From assembly GCA_045118975.1 (NCBI GenBank), contig JBGVCT010000008.1, positions 2,300-66,299 on the forward strand: 64,000 nt of DNA. Direction: 5' to 3'. A model generated the notes under the pieces. That model saw nothing but the letters and a program-made list of their open reading frames with translations. It was not told the origin of the DNA and made no database searches. This stretch comes from Bacilli bacterium (GTDB lineage: Bacteria; Bacillota_I; Bacilli_A; RFN20; DUOF01). Positions 6,666-16,528 of the stretch are shown in pieces (positions within the stretch are counted from its first letter, which is position 1; every line of letters begins with the position of its first letter). Position numbers and translations under genes: made by a program.

Positions 6666-8855
6666 TTATCTTCTTGGTTTCTTCTTTCTGTCATCTGTGC
6701 TACTTTTGGAAGACCCCTTATCTAATCTTCTGATTAATGAGAAATCAATTTGACTTTCAGATTTACTTGCTCTTTTAACACTTACTTGAAGTGGAGTACC
6801 AAGTGTGAATATTTCACCACTTCTTTTTCCAACAGCAACTTTTCTATTGTCATCATATGTAAATGAATCTGTATTAATTGATCTAAATGGAATCATACCT
6901 TCAATTGTATTAGGTAATTGTACAAAGATACCATTCTTAGAGAAACCACTAACTGTTGCAGTATATTCTTCACCAATACGAGTTTGCATATATTCAGCAA
7001 ATTTCATCTTATTTGTATCTCTTTCTAATTGATCTGCTCTTTTTTCTTGTGCAGAAGAAGTTTTACCAACTTCTAATAATCTTTCATACATATCTAAAAT
7101 TTCTTGATAGTTTTCAGGTTCTTTTTCTAATCTAGCAATCTTATGGAAAATATATTCATTTTCTAAGTCAGGTAATCTTCTAATAGGTGAAGTTAATTGA
7201 GCATAGTATTGTAGAGCCAAACCAAAGTGACCTTCTCTATTAGGACCATAATAAGCTTTAGGTAAACATCTTAAGAATGCTTCACTCAATGCATTTTGAA
7301 CAATTGGATCATCAACTTGCTTCATTATTCTTTGATATTCATGAGCAAAGTTTTCATTTTGGAATCTTGGTTGAATCTTAAGAGATTTACATAATGGTAT
7401 GAAGTTTGCTTCTAATTTTTCAATATCAGGATATTCATGATTTCTAAATAAGAATTGAAGTCCCATATCACAAACATGTCTAGCACCTGCTTCATTTGTT
7501 GCAACCATTAAGTCTTCGATTAATCTTTCTGCTGGTCTTTGCTTTCTAACTTTTACTTCAACTAGCTTACCATTTTCATCAACAATTAACTTAGCTTCTC
7601 TAGTATCTAATTTTAATTCTCCATTTTTAGCTTTTCTCATAGATAATCTCTTACTAGCTTCAAATGATAATTCAAATAATTCTAGATATTCTTCATTAGC
7701 AGCTCTTACTTCTTCATCACCATCATAGATAGCTTGAACTTCATTATATGTAAATGCCTTTCTAGACTTGATAACACTTTCATTAACTACAAAGTTACCA
7801 ACGCTTCCATCTTCAAAAATATCAAACTCATAACTCATTGCTAATCTTTCAACATTTGGGTCTAATGAACAAATACCATTACTTAATTGTCTTGGAAGCA
7901 TAGGAATAACTCTATCAGCTAAATAACATGATGTACCTCTCTCTAATGCATCCATATATATAGGACTTCCAAAAGGAACATAATGAGCAACATCAGCAAT
8001 GTGAACTTTTACATGCAATCTGCCATCAGGTAATTTTTTAATTTGATAAGCATCATCTCTATCTTTAGTATCATCACCATCAATAGTAATTACTAACTCT
8101 TCTGTATAATCAACTCTACCTTTTTTATCTTCTTCTGTTACTACATTAGGAGTATTCTCTGCTTGTTGTTCTGCTTCTTGAGAAAAATCAATTGGCACTT
8201 CAGCTTCAATTGCAAGAGAAGTGATATCTACACCAATATCATTTTTATGACCAATAATTCTTTCAAGGTGAGGAACTACACCATTCTTACTAGGTTCTAA
8301 ACTGAACACAACTTTATGACCATCAACTAAATTTTTACACTCTTCTTTATTAAGATGTAGTTTGTATCCAATTCTTTTAGATTGAGGCTTAATATAATAT
8401 TCATATTTTCCCTCTTTATAACCTTCTACAATAATTTCACCAACTAATGTAGGATTACTTGCTTTAATTACTTTTATAACTTCTCCATTGCTACCATTAA
8501 AATCGTATGACTTTATAACAACTTCGCTCTTAGGTAAGATTATCTCATGAGATTTTCTAGTAACTCTAAAGTCATCTGCCATTCCATCTATTTTCACATA
8601 AATGTAATCATCATTAACACCAGTAACTTCTCCTCTAAATACACCACTACTTGGTGCATTTTGAATATTCTTTCTAGATGTCATGATTAAATCATAGTTT
8701 TCCAACATTTCATCAACTGTGTGTGAAACTTCTTCTTTGCCATAGTAACTAGCAAAATGAGCAATTAGTTCTTCTTTTCCACAAGGAGTGAATTTCTTAC
8801 CGCTTGTGTAATTCAATATTGCTTCTCTAATCTCATTCATTGCCTTCTTTTCCAT
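6666..8855 (-). CDS. rnr: ribonuclease R
   Basis: 729 aa. RNB domain motifs (DGDDTKDRDDA, PMLP, HFGL..YAQLTSPIRRLPD), a C-terminal S1 domain and a basic tail. Confidence 0.95.
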   Translation of the reverse strand: MEKKAMNEIREAILNYTSGKKFTPCGKEELIAHFASYYGKEEVSHTVDEMLENYDLIMTSRKNIQNAPSSGVFRGEVTGVNDDYIYVKIDGMADDFRVTRKSHEIILPKSEVVIKSYDFNGSNGEVIKVIKASNPTLVGEIIVEGYKEGKYEYYIKPQSKRIGYKLHLNKEECKNLVDGHKVVFSLEPSKNGVVPHLERIIGHKNDIGVDITSLAIEAEVPIDFSQEAEQQAENTPNVVTEEDKKGRVDYTEELVITIDGDDTKDRDDAYQIKKLPDGRLHVKVHIADVAHYVPFGSPIYMDALERGTSCYLADRVIPMLPRQLSNGICSLDPNVERLAMSYEFDIFEDGSVGNFVVNESVIKSRKAFTYNEVQAIYDGDEEVRAANEEYLELFELSFEASKRLSMRKAKNGELKLDTREAKLIVDENGKLVEVKVRKQRPAERLIEDLMVATNEAGARHVCDMGLQFLFRNHEYPDIEKLEANFIPLCKSLKIQPRFQNENFAHEYQRIMKQVDDPIVQNALSEAFLRCLPKAYYGPNREGHFGLALQYYAQLTSPIRRLPDLENEYIFHKIARLEKEPENYQEILDMYERLLEVGKTSSAQEKRADQLERDTNKMKFAEYMQTRIGEEYTATVSGFSKNGIFVQLPNTIEGMIPFRSINTDSFTYDDNRKVAVGKRSGEIFTLGTPLQVSVKRASKSESQIDFSLIRRLDKGSSKSSTDDRKKKPRR

Positions 8856-8961
8856 AATTGTCCCTCCCTAAGTACATTAAGTTATTACACTTACAATTTT
8901 ATTTTACATTAGTTACATGTATCTTTCAATAATTATTTTGACCTCATATTATATATGAAAG

Positions 8962-8984
8962 AAAAAAATAGCACTGAGTGCTAT
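8962..8984 (-). terminator. intrinsic terminator overlapping the stop of the ankyrin-repeat gene
   Basis: Stem ATAGCAC/GTGCTAT around 8968-8984, followed on the minus strand by a T7 run. Confidence 0.6.
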
Positions 8985-9487
8985 CTTTTAACTCCACTTG
9001 TAATAACCTTATTTTTCACTAAATTCTTATATAGTTCAGGTCTACGAGTTTTAATAATTTCTCCAGCACTTTTATAATTTTGTGTTTTAGAATTAGGAAC
9101 ATAATCCAAAGCTGCTGCTCCACCTTTTTTTACTAAAAACTCAACTAAATCATCACTTATAAAATTAGTATTTTCTGCCGCCCAATAAATAAAGTATGGT
9201 CTAGACTCTGTTAATGACCCTTTATCTCCGTGCTTAAAGTTAATTTCAGCGCCTCTATTTACAAGGTACTTAACAATTGTTTCTCCCTTACTGCCTTTTC
9301 CATTATCACATGCTCTTAGTGCATAAATTAACACTCTAGCATAATTAGCTGCATCCATTGCATTAACATTAGCCCCATATTCTTCAACACATTTAATTAC
9401 AGTGTTTAAATCAGCTCTTTTACAAGCTACTATAAGCATCAAATCAACTTCTTGTTGACTAACTTTTTTACCATCAATATTTATCAT
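8981..9487 (-). CDS. ankyrin-repeat protein (about 3 repeats)
   Basis: Repeats of the type LMLIVACKRADLNTVIKCVEEYGANVNAMD, IYALRAC...IVKYLVNRGAEINFKH and IYWAAEN...LVEFLVKKGG. No signal peptide. AAGGAG RBS. Confidence 0.6.
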   Translation of the reverse strand: MINIDGKKVSQQEVDLMLIVACKRADLNTVIKCVEEYGANVNAMDAANYARVLIYALRACDNGKGSKGETIVKYLVNRGAEINFKHGDKGSLTESRPYFIYWAAENTNFISDDLVEFLVKKGGAAALDYVPNSKTQNYKSAGEIIKTRRPELYKNLVKNKVITSGVKR

Positions 9488-9506
9488 AATAACTACTCCT
9501 TATCTA

Positions 9507-11099
9507 TTATTCAGCCTTAATTGCATCTTTTATTAACTCTGCTGCTTTTAAATACTTTCTAGATTTTTCTGCATCTCTATCAGTACCAATGTTATATTCA
9601 TAACACCATCCCAAGAACTCATTTATTTCATAACTATTTACATCGTATAAAGTCTTTAATAAATCAACACCAACTCTTGCCTTACCAGGTAAGAATAAAC
9701 AAGTTATAGCATAATTAATACCAGCCTCTAATATTTTATGACTTTCATATATTCTTTTGTACATCTTGTTTGCCTTTGAATATGATGCACTTGTTCCATG
9801 GCCATCGAATACCATATCTGCTAAAGCTACTTTAGAAAGTGGGAAAGAAACAGATGATCTAGTATACCAATATTTAGCCTTCTTATAGTCTGTTTCCACA
9901 AAATTAGCATTCTCATAGCATTTACCCAAATAGTATTGAGCCTCACCATAATTTAGCTCAGCAGCTTTAGTTAAAAACTCTAAAGCTTTTGTCTCATCTT
10001 TTTCAACACCCTTACCTAGTGCATAACACATTGATAGGTTATAGCAACTTAATGCCCAATCATTTTTAGCACCAAATTTGAATAATTCAATAGCGCCCTC
10101 TTCATTTAATGCAGTACCTACACCTTGTAACATACAACATGCAATAGCATCATTAGCAAGCTCTATTCCTTGTTCTTTGCAAGCCACAAAATAATTGTAT
10201 GCCTCTCTTTCATTTTTTGTTGTTCCAATTCCATATAGTTTACATATAGCAACTTCATACAATGATTCAAAATCACCTTCGCCTGCTATAATCTTAAATA
10301 ATTTATATGCTAGAGCTTCATTCACTGGACAACCATATCCATTTTGATAGCACTTAGCTAAATAATATGTTGACTTTAAATTACCTCTTTTTGCACTTAC
10401 TTGGAAGCAATCAAACGCTTCATCATAGTCTTTTGAATCAAGGAAATATAAACCTAATCTTCCAATTGCTACATCATTACCTAAGCTAGCACTTGTTTCA
10501 TACCACTTGCTTGCCTTGCTCTCATTCTTTTTAGTACCAATACCAAACTCATAACAATATGCTAAATTATATGCAGCCTCAGCATTTTCATTTTTAGCAG
10601 CATTAAGGAAATGTTTGAAAGCCAACTTTTCATCCTTAGCAACACCATTACCATTTAAGTAACATAGTCCTAATATAAACTCAGCATAATCATTTCCAAG
10701 TTCAATAGCCTTGTTATACCAATAAATTGCTTTTTCATAGTTTTGAACTACTCCCTTACCATTGAAGTAACTATATCCCAAGTTGAAAATACTAGTTTCA
10801 TCATTTTGTTTAGCAGCCTCCACAAACCAATAAATTGCCTTACTATAATCTTGCTCTACTCCAATACCATTTGCATAACATACTCCAACATTACATTGAG
10901 CACTTACAAATCCTTGTTCAGCAGATTTTAAAAACCAATGAAACGCTTTCTTTAAATCATACTCTTCACATCTAGGTGTAGCATAATAAATTCCTAGATA
11001 ATATTGACTTGTAGCATCACCATTTAATGCAGCATCTTGAATTTCTTCAATATTATCAAATATCATTTGTTCGTAATCACTATTATTTATATTTGCCAT
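9507..11099 (-). CDS. Sel1-like (SLR/TPR-type) repeat protein
   Basis: More than 10 tandem ~36-aa repeats of the form A..W..KAAEQG...AQ..LG.CY..G.GV..D. Examples: AFHWFLKSAEQGFVSAQCNVGVCYANGIGVEQDYSKA and AIYWYNKAIELGNDYAEFILGLCYLNGNGVAKDEKLA. Start moved to MANINN (GGTGGTG SD). Confidence 0.85.
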   Translation of the reverse strand: MANINNSDYEQMIFDNIEEIQDAALNGDATSQYYLGIYYATPRCEEYDLKKAFHWFLKSAEQGFVSAQCNVGVCYANGIGVEQDYSKAIYWFVEAAKQNDETSIFNLGYSYFNGKGVVQNYEKAIYWYNKAIELGNDYAEFILGLCYLNGNGVAKDEKLAFKHFLNAAKNENAEAAYNLAYCYEFGIGTKKNESKASKWYETSASLGNDVAIGRLGLYFLDSKDYDEAFDCFQVSAKRGNLKSTYYLAKCYQNGYGCPVNEALAYKLFKIIAGEGDFESLYEVAICKLYGIGTTKNEREAYNYFVACKEQGIELANDAIACCMLQGVGTALNEEGAIELFKFGAKNDWALSCYNLSMCYALGKGVEKDETKALEFLTKAAELNYGEAQYYLGKCYENANFVETDYKKAKYWYTRSSVSFPLSKVALADMVFDGHGTSASYSKANKMYKRIYESHKILEAGINYAITCLFLPGKARVGVDLLKTLYDVNSYEINEFLGWCYEYNIGTDRDAEKSRKYLKAAELIKDAIKAE

Positions 11100-11170
11100 T
11101 AAAGTCACCACCTTTTTAAATTATACAATAAACATCTTACATTCACTTATATTTTTTACAAAAATATTAT

Positions 11171-12379
11171 CTATTTACACTTTTTAACTATATCTTTAAC
11201 TCTTTCTTTGATTGTTACATCTCTTTCTAATCCCTTTAAAGCGCAAACAATAATATCCGCAATAAGTTTAAAATCATATTCTTTTAATCCTCTTGTAGTC
11301 ATATAAGCACTACCAACTCTAATACCAGAAGTAACACTTGGCTTTTCCTTATCAAAAGGTAAAACATTTTTATTTACATAGACTCCCAACTTAGAAAGTA
11401 TAGTTTCACTATCTTTACCAGTTATACCAAAACTAGTTTTAGTATCTATTAATAGTAAATGATTATCGCTGCCTCCACTAACAAGTCTTACACCATATTC
11501 ATTAAATACCTCTTCCATTGCCTTAACATTTTTAATTACTCTTTTTTGGTATTTAACAAAATCTTCACTTCCCGCCTCATAAAAGCATTGACACTTAGCT
11601 GCTATAATATTTTCAATAGGTCCACCTTGAATTCCTGGGAAAACACTAGAATCTATGGCTTTAGCAAATTTTTCTTTACAAAGAATCGCCCCACCCCTAG
11701 GACCTCTTAATGTCTTTTGAGTAGTCATTGTAATAAAATCAGCATATCCAACTGGAGTTGGGTGTAAACCTGCAACAACTAAACCAGCAGTATGAGCAAT
11801 ATCCGCAAGTAAATAAGCACCCACTCTATCTGCTATTTGTCTAAACCTTTTAAAATCAATTGTTCTAGGATAGCTACTAGCTCCACACACAATTAATTTA
11901 GGAGTATATTCCATAGCTAGTTTTTCCACATTATCATAATCAATATAGCCATCTTCATTAACTCCATAACTAATAATCTTGTAATCTTTTCCACTAAAAC
12001 TAACAGGACTACCATGACTTAAATGTCCACCATCATTTAAATTCATCGATAAAATTGTATCTCCTTTTTCTAAGATGGACATATATACTGCCATATTAGC
12101 TTGTGATCCACTATGAGGTTGAACATTTGCGTGATATTTAAGCGCCTTAAATATTTCTTTTAATCGCTCTTGTGCTAGCTTTTCAATTAAATCAATATTC
12201 TCACAACCTGAATAATATCGCTTAGATGGATATCCCTCGGCATACTTATTTGTAAGTATACTCCCAGTAATTTCCATAACCTCTTCACTAACAATATTTT
12301 CTGAAGCAATTAAATTTATAGTAGACTCTTGCCTTTTAGCCTCATCTTTAATTAATCTATATAACATTCTATCTTTCAC
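11171..12379 (-). CDS. glyA: serine hydroxymethyltransferase
   Basis: [24 protein letters not shown], the PLP-lysine region [12 protein letters not shown], and overall length. Confidence 0.95.
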   Translation of the reverse strand: MKDRMLYRLIKDEAKRQESTINLIASENIVSEEVMEITGSILTNKYAEGYPSKRYYSGCENIDLIEKLAQERLKEIFKALKYHANVQPHSGSQANMAVYMSILEKGDTILSMNLNDGGHLSHGSPVSFSGKDYKIISYGVNEDGYIDYDNVEKLAMEYTPKLIVCGASSYPRTIDFKRFRQIADRVGAYLLADIAHTAGLVVAGLHPTPVGYADFITMTTQKTLRGPRGGAILCKEKFAKAIDSSVFPGIQGGPIENIIAAKCQCFYEAGSEDFVKYQKRVIKNVKAMEEVFNEYGVRLVSGGSDNHLLLIDTKTSFGITGKDSETILSKLGVYVNKNVLPFDKEKPSVTSGIRVGSAYMTTRGLKEYDFKLIADIIVCALKGLERDVTIKERVKDIVKKCK

Positions 12380-12431
12380 AAAAACACCCCATTTATATAA
12401 AAATTCTATAATATTTTTTATTTTTTATAAA

Positions 12432-12455
12432 TAAAAAAGGTGTATAAAATACACC
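12432..12455 (-). terminator. intrinsic terminator after the permease gene
   Basis: Stem GGTGTAT/ATACACC (12439-12445 / 12449-12455), followed on the minus strand by a T6 run. Confidence 0.7.
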
Positions 12456-12458
12456 AAA

Positions 12459-13328
12459 TTAAAACCCAAATATCAAGCAAATCAAAAATCCAAATATTAT
12501 AGAGGAACCAATAAGCGAACATAGTACAATTAAATTATCTTTAAACAAATCTTTTCTTTTAAAAATAATAAGTAATCCCATCCCTGCATTTACAAGTAAT
12601 CCCGACACTAAAGCACCAAAAGATATGGCAGAATTAACATATAAATTAGTAATAATTACTGAGGATGCGCAATTAGGAATAAGACCAATGATGGTAGCAA
12701 ATAATGGAGTCAAATATTTATTCATTTCCAAGAATGCAATGATATTATTTTCTCCAATAAAATAGACAATACCCCCAAATATAATATTCATCACAAGGAC
12801 AAGAGATATTATCTTCAAACTTCTAATAAATGGATACCATAAATGCAAATCAAAAGAAGTTACCTCTTCCTCTTCACTAACACAATAAGCACAATTACAT
12901 TGTATGTCGCTAACAATCTCATCTTTCTTGATGTTTACTTTTTTTTCTTTTTTCTTTTTTAACAATAAATCCAAACTAGCACCAATAACAAAACCAACAA
13001 TCAATTTTAAAATAATTAAAGGGATTGCCATTATCGCCTTATCGCTAGTCAATAAAATTATAATTCCCTCATCACTACACGCTAAAAACAGTGCCACCAA
13101 AGTACCAATACTTAAATAACTTTTAGTATATAAATCTGCAGCTATAACACTAACTCCACATTGTGGAATAAGACCATATAAAGCCCCAAAAAAAGGTGGT
13201 GTTTCATTACCTTTTCTAAGCTTATTAACTAATTTAGATTCAAAAAAGGATAAAATGATGTAAGTTACCCAGATGAACACAAAGATCTTTATAGAATCTT
13301 TAAATGCATCTAGAATAACTTCTACCAT
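12459..13328 (-). CDS. polytopic membrane permease with an internal duplication (possibly the ArsP_2/DUF2899-type putative metal exporter family)
   Basis: Two halves each carry an LIPxC(G/A)xSVI motif (GLIPQCGVSVIAADLY and GLIPNCASSVIITNLY). They are separated by a basic loop containing CNCAYC. The family name is from memory and unverified. Confidence 0.4.
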   Translation of the reverse strand: MVEVILDAFKDSIKIFVFIWVTYIILSFFESKLVNKLRKGNETPPFFGALYGLIPQCGVSVIAADLYTKSYLSIGTLVALFLACSDEGIIILLTSDKAIMAIPLIILKLIVGFVIGASLDLLLKKKKEKKVNIKKDEIVSDIQCNCAYCVSEEEEVTSFDLHLWYPFIRSLKIISLVLVMNIIFGGIVYFIGENNIIAFLEMNKYLTPLFATIIGLIPNCASSVIITNLYVNSAISFGALVSGLLVNAGMGLLIIFKRKDLFKDNLIVLCSLIGSSIIFGFLICLIFGF

Positions 13329-13392
13329 TTTATCCTTCCTTCTTTCTTAAAACATTAAAATAATACTCTTATAAATCAATATTGTAAAGGGT

Positions 13393-14226
13393 TTATTTTA
13401 TATATACTCTAATTAAAAAACTTATCTCTGTTTCGAGTTTATCTAATTGGTTTAGCTTATCTATCGCAGACAAACTAGTTTTGTAATAATATGGTGTCAT
13501 TTTAAATAAATTCATTATATCACTATTTGTTTCTAGCACCATATTATCACTAATCTCAACTTCCTCCATCAATGTTAGTCCCTCAATAGTTTCACTCTTT
13601 TTCTCATTTAAATACGCATTCTCATAAAGTATATTTTTTAGTCCTAGCAAATGATTCTTGCCTGGTAATACCCTAATATATACTCCCTCACTATCCAAAA
13701 CCCTATAGAACTCACTCTCATCTATTGGAGCAAAGCAATTTAACATTAAACTCAAAGAATTATCAATAAACGGCAGCTTAGATAAATTAGCGATAAAATA
13801 CTCTATATTTTCTAAATTTTCCATTCTTTTTTTCTTATTTGCCTCATGTATAGCAAATTTAGAAATATCAATACCAAAGCTTTTAACTTGATAAATCTTA
13901 GACATAGTTCTGTGTAAAAAATTAGTATAATATCCCTCACCACACGCTATATCTAAGAAGTTCATTTTTTCTTTTTTATGATACTTTCTAACTAACTCTA
14001 ATAATTTTTCTTTTAAGCAATGATATTTATCTAAATCAAAAAAATCTTTTCTAGCTAAAATCATTTCCTTATCATCACCACTTGAATCACTAAAGCTTTG
14101 ATTAGCAAGCATTAAATTAGTATATCCCTTACTTGATATATCAAAAGAATGATTATTCATACATTTATATGTTTTTTCGTATTTAAATAAGGTTTTATCA
14201 CAAACCGGACATTTTACAATAGACAT
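13393..14226 (-). CDS. rlmA: 23S rRNA (guanine-N1)-methyltransferase, RlmA family
   Basis: N-terminal zinc ribbon CPVCDKTL...YKCMNNHSFDISSKGYTNLM followed by the class I SAM motif LDIACGEGYY. Start moved to MSIVKC (AGAGGTG SD). Confidence 0.75.
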   Translation of the reverse strand: MSIVKCPVCDKTLFKYEKTYKCMNNHSFDISSKGYTNLMLANQSFSDSSGDDKEMILARKDFFDLDKYHCLKEKLLELVRKYHKKEKMNFLDIACGEGYYTNFLHRTMSKIYQVKSFGIDISKFAIHEANKKKRMENLENIEYFIANLSKLPFIDNSLSLMLNCFAPIDESEFYRVLDSEGVYIRVLPGKNHLLGLKNILYENAYLNEKKSETIEGLTLMEEVEISDNMVLETNSDIMNLFKMTPYYYKTSLSAIDKLNQLDKLETEISFLIRVYIK

Positions 14227-14291
14227 AATATCACCTCTAATATTTAAGCAAATAACTAATAAAAAAGGCAAGAATATTTCTTGCCTAAATC

Positions 14292-15683
14292 TTATTTGTT
14301 TTGAATGTATTCATGAATACTTGCAGCAGCAGTTTTTCCAGCTCCCATCGCAAGAATTACAGTTGCAGCACCAGTAACTGCATCTCCTCCAGCATATACG
14401 CCTTTAACTGAAGTTGCTCCTTGTTCATTAACAATTATACCACCCCAAGATTCAGTGTCTAATCCCTCGGTAGTAGCCTTAATTAATGGGTTTGGATTTG
14501 TACCTAAAGACATGATTACACAATCAACATCTAAAGTGAATTCGCTATTAGCTTTAACAACTGGTCTTCTTCTTCCACTCGCATCAGGTTCACCAAGTTC
14601 CATTTCTACACACTTCATTGCTTTAACAGTTCCTGTTTCATCACCAATTAACTCTATTGGATTAGTTAAAATTCTAAATTCTATACCTTCTTCAATAGCG
14701 TGCTCTACTTCTTCTTTTCTAGCAGGTAATTCTTCCATACCTCTTCTGTATACAATATATACTTTTTCAGCACCTAGACGCAATGCACTTCTTGCTGCAT
14801 CCATAGCAACATTTCCTCCACCAACTACAGCAACGCTCCTACTCTCTTTTACAGGAGTTGAAGAATCTTTTTCATAAGCTTTCATTAAATTTACTCTAGT
14901 TAAAATTTCATTAGCACTAAATACTCCCTTTAAATTTTCTCCAGGAATATTCATAAATTTAGGAAGTCCAGCACCACTTCCAATAAATACTGCCTCATAA
15001 CCATATTCACTCATCAACTCATCGATAGAAATTACTCTACCAATAACCATGTTAGTTTCCACTTTAACTCCCATAGCTTTTAATCCATCAATTTCTTTTT
15101 GGACAATTCTCTTAGGAAGTCTAAATTCAGGAATACCATAAACCAATACTCCACCAGCTAAATGAAGCGCCTCATAAATTGTCACTTCATACCCTAATCT
15201 AGCTAAATCCCCAGCACAAGTTAATCCACTAGGACCACTTCCAACAACAGCAACCTTATGACCATTGCTTAAAGGTTTTTCAACACTTCCATCACTATGT
15301 GCGTTATGATAATCCGCAACAAATCTTTCAAGACGACCTATAGCAACAGGTTCTCCTTTAATTCCTCTTATACATTCCCCTTCACATTGACTTTCTTGAG
15401 GACATACTCTACCACACACTGCAGGTAATGAAGACGATTCATTAATAACCTTATACGCTTCTTCAAATTTACCTTCAGCTACTAGTGATATAAACTCAGG
15501 AATTCTAATACGCACAGGACAACCTCCCATACACTTAGGATTTCTACAATTAAGACATCTTTTTGCCTCATCAATAGCCATTTCTTCACTATATCCTAAA
15601 GCTACTTCTTCAAAATTCTTTCCTCTTTCTTTAGGATCTTGAACTGGCATTGGATTCTTTACATTAGACATATTAAAAGCCAT
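14292..15683 (-). CDS. nfnB: GltD-like NADPH-dependent oxidoreductase, probable NfnB (large subunit of NADH-dependent reduced ferredoxin:NADP+ oxidoreductase)
   Basis: N-terminal Fe-S cysteines (CLNCRNPKCMGGCP, CGRVCPQESQCEGEC). Two dinucleotide-binding motifs (VVGSGPSGL, VVGGGNVAMD). Start moved to MAFNMSN (AAAGGAGG SD). Paired with a PyrK-like subunit immediately upstream. Confidence 0.8.
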   Translation of the reverse strand: MAFNMSNVKNPMPVQDPKERGKNFEEVALGYSEEMAIDEAKRCLNCRNPKCMGGCPVRIRIPEFISLVAEGKFEEAYKVINESSSLPAVCGRVCPQESQCEGECIRGIKGEPVAIGRLERFVADYHNAHSDGSVEKPLSNGHKVAVVGSGPSGLTCAGDLARLGYEVTIYEALHLAGGVLVYGIPEFRLPKRIVQKEIDGLKAMGVKVETNMVIGRVISIDELMSEYGYEAVFIGSGAGLPKFMNIPGENLKGVFSANEILTRVNLMKAYEKDSSTPVKESRSVAVVGGGNVAMDAARSALRLGAEKVYIVYRRGMEELPARKEEVEHAIEEGIEFRILTNPIELIGDETGTVKAMKCVEMELGEPDASGRRRPVVKANSEFTLDVDCVIMSLGTNPNPLIKATTEGLDTESWGGIIVNEQGATSVKGVYAGGDAVTGAATVILAMGAGKTAAASIHEYIQNK

Positions 15684-15684
15684 C

Positions 15685-16527
15685 TTAGTTTTCCTCCTTT
15701 TTAAATAATTTACAAGCTTTTTCTCTAGCTCTAGCCTCAAATTCAGGATAACTTCTAGATCTGGAAATAGCTTCATCAAAATCAACTTCAAATCCATCAA
15801 AATCAGGACCATCTACGCAAGCAAATTTAGTTTTACCACCAACTGTAAGTCTACATCCTCCACACATACCAGTACCATCAATCATAATTGGATTCATAGA
15901 TACCATTGTTTTAATATTATGAGGTTTAGTTGTAGCTACTACAAACTTCATCATAACAAGTGGCCCAATAGCAATAACTTCATCATATTGCTCGCCATCT
16001 TCAATTAATTTAGCAAGTGGAGCAGTTACTACACCCTTTTCTCCAGCACTTCCATCATCAGTCATAAGAAAACATTTATCGCTAACAGCTCTAAATTCAT
16101 CTTCTAAAATAACTAAATCTTTATTTCTAAATCCAATAATTGAATGAACTTCACATCCTAAAGAGTGTAATTTTTTAGCAACAGGATAAGCAATAGCACA
16201 TCCAACTCCACCACCAACTACAGCAACCTTCTTTAAACCTTCAGTATGAGTAGGAACTCCAAGAGGACCAACAAAGTCAGTAATATATTCTCCTTCATTC
16301 AAACTATCAAGTTCCATAGTAGTACCACCAACTATTTGATAAATAATAGTAATAGTTCCTTTTTCTCTATTATAATCAGCAACAGTAAGAGGAATTCTCT
16401 CACTATTATCAAATGGACGCAAAATAATAAATTGCCCTGGTTCTGCCTTCTTTGCTACAAATGGAGCCTCTACCTCCATTAATGTAACTGTAGGATTTAA
16501 TCTTTCTTTTCTAACTATTTTATACAT
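15685..16527 (-). CDS. nfnA: PyrK-like FAD/NAD-binding iron-sulfur protein, probable NfnA
   Basis: 280 aa. Ferredoxin-reductase-type fold (GQFIILR, GPLG, VVGGGVGCA). C-terminal 2Fe-2S motif MCGGCRLTVGGKTKFACVDGPDF. Its stop is 1 nt from the nfnB start. Confidence 0.8.
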   Translation of the reverse strand: MYKIVRKERLNPTVTLMEVEAPFVAKKAEPGQFIILRPFDNSERIPLTVADYNREKGTITIIYQIVGGTTMELDSLNEGEYITDFVGPLGVPTHTEGLKKVAVVGGGVGCAIAYPVAKKLHSLGCEVHSIIGFRNKDLVILEDEFRAVSDKCFLMTDDGSAGEKGVVTAPLAKLIEDGEQYDEVIAIGPLVMMKFVVATTKPHNIKTMVSMNPIMIDGTGMCGGCRLTVGGKTKFACVDGPDFDGFEVDFDEAISRSRSYPEFEARAREKACKLFKKEEN

Positions 16528-16528
16528 T

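Noticed and set aside
14455-14877. Long antisense ORFs inside well-supported genes, for example 14455-14877, 20985-21341, 50776-51105, 49902-50144 and 12904-13119.
   Set aside because: Each lies opposite a CDS with clear family motifs. Their compositions are low-complexity (S/L/I/F/P-rich) and they lack RBSs. They are typical shadow ORFs.
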